A stretch of DNA of 64,000 nucleotides from Candidatus Caldarchaeum sp. (GTDB taxonomy: Archaea; Thermoproteota; Nitrososphaeria_A; Caldarchaeales; Caldarchaeaceae). This document shows, piece by piece, positions 62,319 to 64,000 of this stretch. Within the stretch, counting starts at the first letter, position 1, and the number at the start of each line of letters is the position of its first letter. The notes beneath the pieces were generated by a model, which saw nothing but the letters and a program-made list of their open reading frames with translations, made no database searches and was not told where the DNA came from. Where the stretch lies: assembly GCA_038890155.1 (NCBI GenBank), contig JAWAFZ010000001.1:74709-138708 (forward strand), given 5' to 3'. A program made the position numbers and the translations under genes.

Positions 62319-63729
62319 CCACAGCCCTGTCGAGGTCGGCCAAGAACCTGATTATCCTGTCGGACGGTATCTCAGCCCCCGCTGCAACGTCGTGGCCTCC
62401 GCCCCTGCCTCCGTAGGCATCCGCAAGCCTGTGCAGCAGCTCGCCCAAGTTTACACCCCTGTCCACCAGATGTTTAGAAGCCCTTGAGGAGATCTTAACC
62501 ATGTGCCCAGCAGTCGCGAACGCGACGAGGGCCTTCCCTGCAGGAAGGAGGCCTGAAGACGAGATTATCGAAGCAACCGAGCTTACCTGTTTGTCGTCGA
62601 TCATGTCTCCACCCTTCAGCACAACTATGTGGTTGAGCTCCTCCATAACACCCGGCCTAGCAGCATAGTCCATAGCCCGGGCCAAGCTCGCACGATACTC
62701 CTCCAGCACTCGTTGAGCGTCTTCAAGGACCTCGGCACGAGCACCCGTCGCCACGACTATTCCCAGCCAAGCCCTTCCCGTCTTACCGCAGGAGTTGAGC
62801 AGGGTGGCGTACTCCCTGGCGTCCCTCAAGTAGGTCCACGACTCCTCTCTCACAAGGTCGTAGGCCTCGCCCACCAATTCCTCGGCCAACCTCGTCGGAA
62901 TGTTCTTGGCGACCAAGTATTCCAGAAGCCCGTTGTAGAGAGTCTTCTTTTCTTCGTCCGTCAAATCTGAAAGCGTCCTCCACTGGTCTCCTTCCTTTAG
63001 GCCTATTCCGAGCTTCGTTAGGAAGCTGTAGCAGGCGTCCTCCCTTCCGCTCAGCCCCGGTATGTAGGGGCTTGTGGTGGAGGCTAGAGCCATGTGCAGG
63101 GGTCTGAAGGTTCTTCCGTAGAGTATTAGGTCCTCCTTCGCCTCGAGCATTCCAGCCTTGACGGCGTCTTCGACAACCATCCTGTTCAAGCCGTGGAGCC
63201 TCCGTCTGCTGTTCTTGTCTTGGAGGTCGCCCAAAGCACCTACTACGGCAACGGCCGAGTACTCGACGTTGGCGGGGTTTAGTTTTTTGCAGACAAAGTA
63301 GGAAACACCCGAAGCGCTCAGCTCGCTGGCTCCGTCGAAGCCGTGGTCGTGCGGGTTGACTTGAACCCAGTCATGCGGAAGGTCTGCCTGCCTCGGCCTG
63401 TGATGGTCTAGGATCACAACCTCTCTGCCATGTAGAAGCTGGGTAAGCTCGTCCAAGTAGCCGCTGCCTATGTCTGTGAAGATCAGGCTCTTGGAGTCGA
63501 CAAACCCTTCTCGGAGGAGTGAGATGAACTCCTCTATGCGGTTGAGAGACCTCACACGGTACCTTGCGTCCTCCCTCCTGAGGGATCCGGCGACAACCCC
63601 CGCTGAAGACAAGGCGTCTGCGTCGTTGTGGGTGTAGACGTCGATGAACTCGCCTGAAGACAGCCATCTTCTTATCTTCTCAGCCGCTTCCTCCGCTGCT
63701 TTGAGGAAGCTTTGAAAGTCTCCCGTCAA
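62278..63729 (-). CDS. DHH-family RecJ-like nuclease (archaeal GAN/Cdc45-RecJ homologue)
   Basis: DHH motifs (THNDADALSSAG, VVILDHHRP), DHHA1 motif GGGHDVAAGAE; 483 aa; TTG start. Confidence 0.8.
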   Translation of the reverse strand: MTGDFQSFLKAAEEAAEKIRRWLSSGEFIDVYTHNDADALSSAGVVAGSLRREDARYRVRSLNRIEEFISLLREGFVDSKSLIFTDIGSGYLDELTQLLHGREVVILDHHRPRQADLPHDWVQVNPHDHGFDGASELSASGVSYFVCKKLNPANVEYSAVAVVGALGDLQDKNSRRRLHGLNRMVVEDAVKAGMLEAKEDLILYGRTFRPLHMALASTTSPYIPGLSGREDACYSFLTKLGIGLKEGDQWRTLSDLTDEEKKTLYNGLLEYLVAKNIPTRLAEELVGEAYDLVREESWTYLRDAREYATLLNSCGKTGRAWLGIVVATGARAEVLEDAQRVLEEYRASLARAMDYAARPGVMEELNHIVVLKGGDMIDDKQVSSVASIISSSGLLPAGKALVAFATAGHMVKISSRASKHLVDRGVNLGELLHRLADAYGGRGGGHDVAAGAEIPSDRIIRFLADLDRAVGEQLEKTVDKISG

Positions 63730-63735
63730 GGCTTG

Positions 63736-64000
63736 TCAAGCCTTAAGAGGCTCGTAGTCGGGTGGAAGAAGGCCTCGGCGTTTGTAGTACTTGGTGAGCC
63801 GACGGACCTTCGACTCTACCAGCTGGAGCCTGTGGATGTTGTATCCGTCGGACTTGTGCTTCTGCAGATGGAGCCTCATCCTCCTTATCATCTCGAGCAG
63901 GTGGGAGAGGTCTTCCGGAACAGGGGTTCGGAGGTTGTTTTCGTCAAGTATCTGGGTGATTGTTTTTCCTGTTATCGATTTGACGAGGGGGACTGCGTAC
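63736..64000 (-). CDS. rps15: Ribosomal protein S15 (uS15), C-terminal part; gene continues beyond the window
   Basis: Hand translation of the minus strand gives ...HLLEMIRRMRLHLQKHKSDGYNIHRLQLVESKVRRLTKYYKRRGLLPPDYEPLKA*, the typical archaeal S15 C-terminus. Confidence 0.8.
   Translation of the reverse strand, partial: YAVPLVKSITGKTITQILDENNLRTPVPEDLSHLLEMIRRMRLHLQKHKSDGYNIHRLQLVESKVRRLTKYYKRRGLLPPDYEPLKA

Noticed and set aside
1-64000. Search for CRISPR arrays, IS elements/transposases, integrases, toxin-antitoxin or restriction-modification genes
   Set aside because: No direct-repeat arrays, no DDE/serine/tyrosine recombinase-like ORFs, no terminal inverted repeats and no tRNA-flanked island were seen. 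The only tRNA (Ser-GGA) sits in conserved housekeeping context next to cbf5.

Overview
This 64-kb window looks like archaeal core chromosome from a GC-rich archaeon of the TACK/Thermoprotei (crenarchaeal) type. That reading rests on archaeal-type ribosomal proteins (L7Ae-independent set L14e/L19e/L32e/L34e/L44e/S4e/S27e/S3Ae), TBP, aEF-2, aIF2-alpha, an exosome superoperon, RNase P protein subunits, KEOPS Pcc1-like proteins and a 14-nt BHB intron in cbf5. Gene density is high, with many 4-nt ATGA overlaps, leaderless TATA-type promoters and frequent GTG/TTG starts; the supplied ORF track reports the most upstream ATG/GTG/TTG, so several true starts lie downstream of the track coordinates. I found no mobile elements, CRISPR arrays or rRNA.

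Main blocks, in order:
- A secreted surface protein with repeated carboxypeptidase-regulatory-like beta-sandwich domains.
- A lipoylation/2-oxoacid dehydrogenase fragment: lipA, E1-beta, lpd, lipB, with no E1-alpha or E2.
- TBP, then an ECF transporter AAT module and a DHH phosphoesterase.
- The conserved exosome superoperon: prefoldin-beta, Pcc1-like, L37ae, Rrp42, Rrp41, Rrp4, SBDS, PsmA.
- An amidase, a GPN-loop GTPase and aEF-2.
- A Mo-hydroxylase accessory cluster: coxM, coxS, coxG, coxD, coxE, xdhC, moeA, with no large catalytic subunit.
- An APC transporter-Usp fusion with a stand-alone RAM-domain protein, then aspS and an Mtq2-like methyltransferase.
- Hsp20 divergent from an AN1-zinc-finger::site-2-protease fusion.
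- aIF2-alpha, S27e and L44e.
- tRNA-Ser(GGA), an intron-containing cbf5, L14e, cmk and L34e.
- A DUF106/YidC-like gene, secY, and the large ribosomal protein operon running back to L22, including S14 and Rpp29.
- A PhoU-like regulator, a split MetE, S13, an SDR, TatA and TatC.
- Pop5, Rpp30 and a COG1325 protein; L15e; an Obg-like GTPase.
- S3Ae, a second Pcc1-like gene, a RecJ/GAN-like DHH nuclease and a partial S15.

Most notable findings:
- The cbf5 intron, which has a near-perfect bulge-helix-bulge motif.
- Two tiny unannotated ORFs of extreme and opposite charge: a 35-aa poly-Glu/aromatic peptide and a 37-aa Lys/Ala-rich peptide with its own TATA box.
- Duplicated Pcc1-like genes.
- Orphan Mo-hydroxylase and 2-oxoacid dehydrogenase sub-clusters.

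No identifiable novel defence or mobile system was found in this window.
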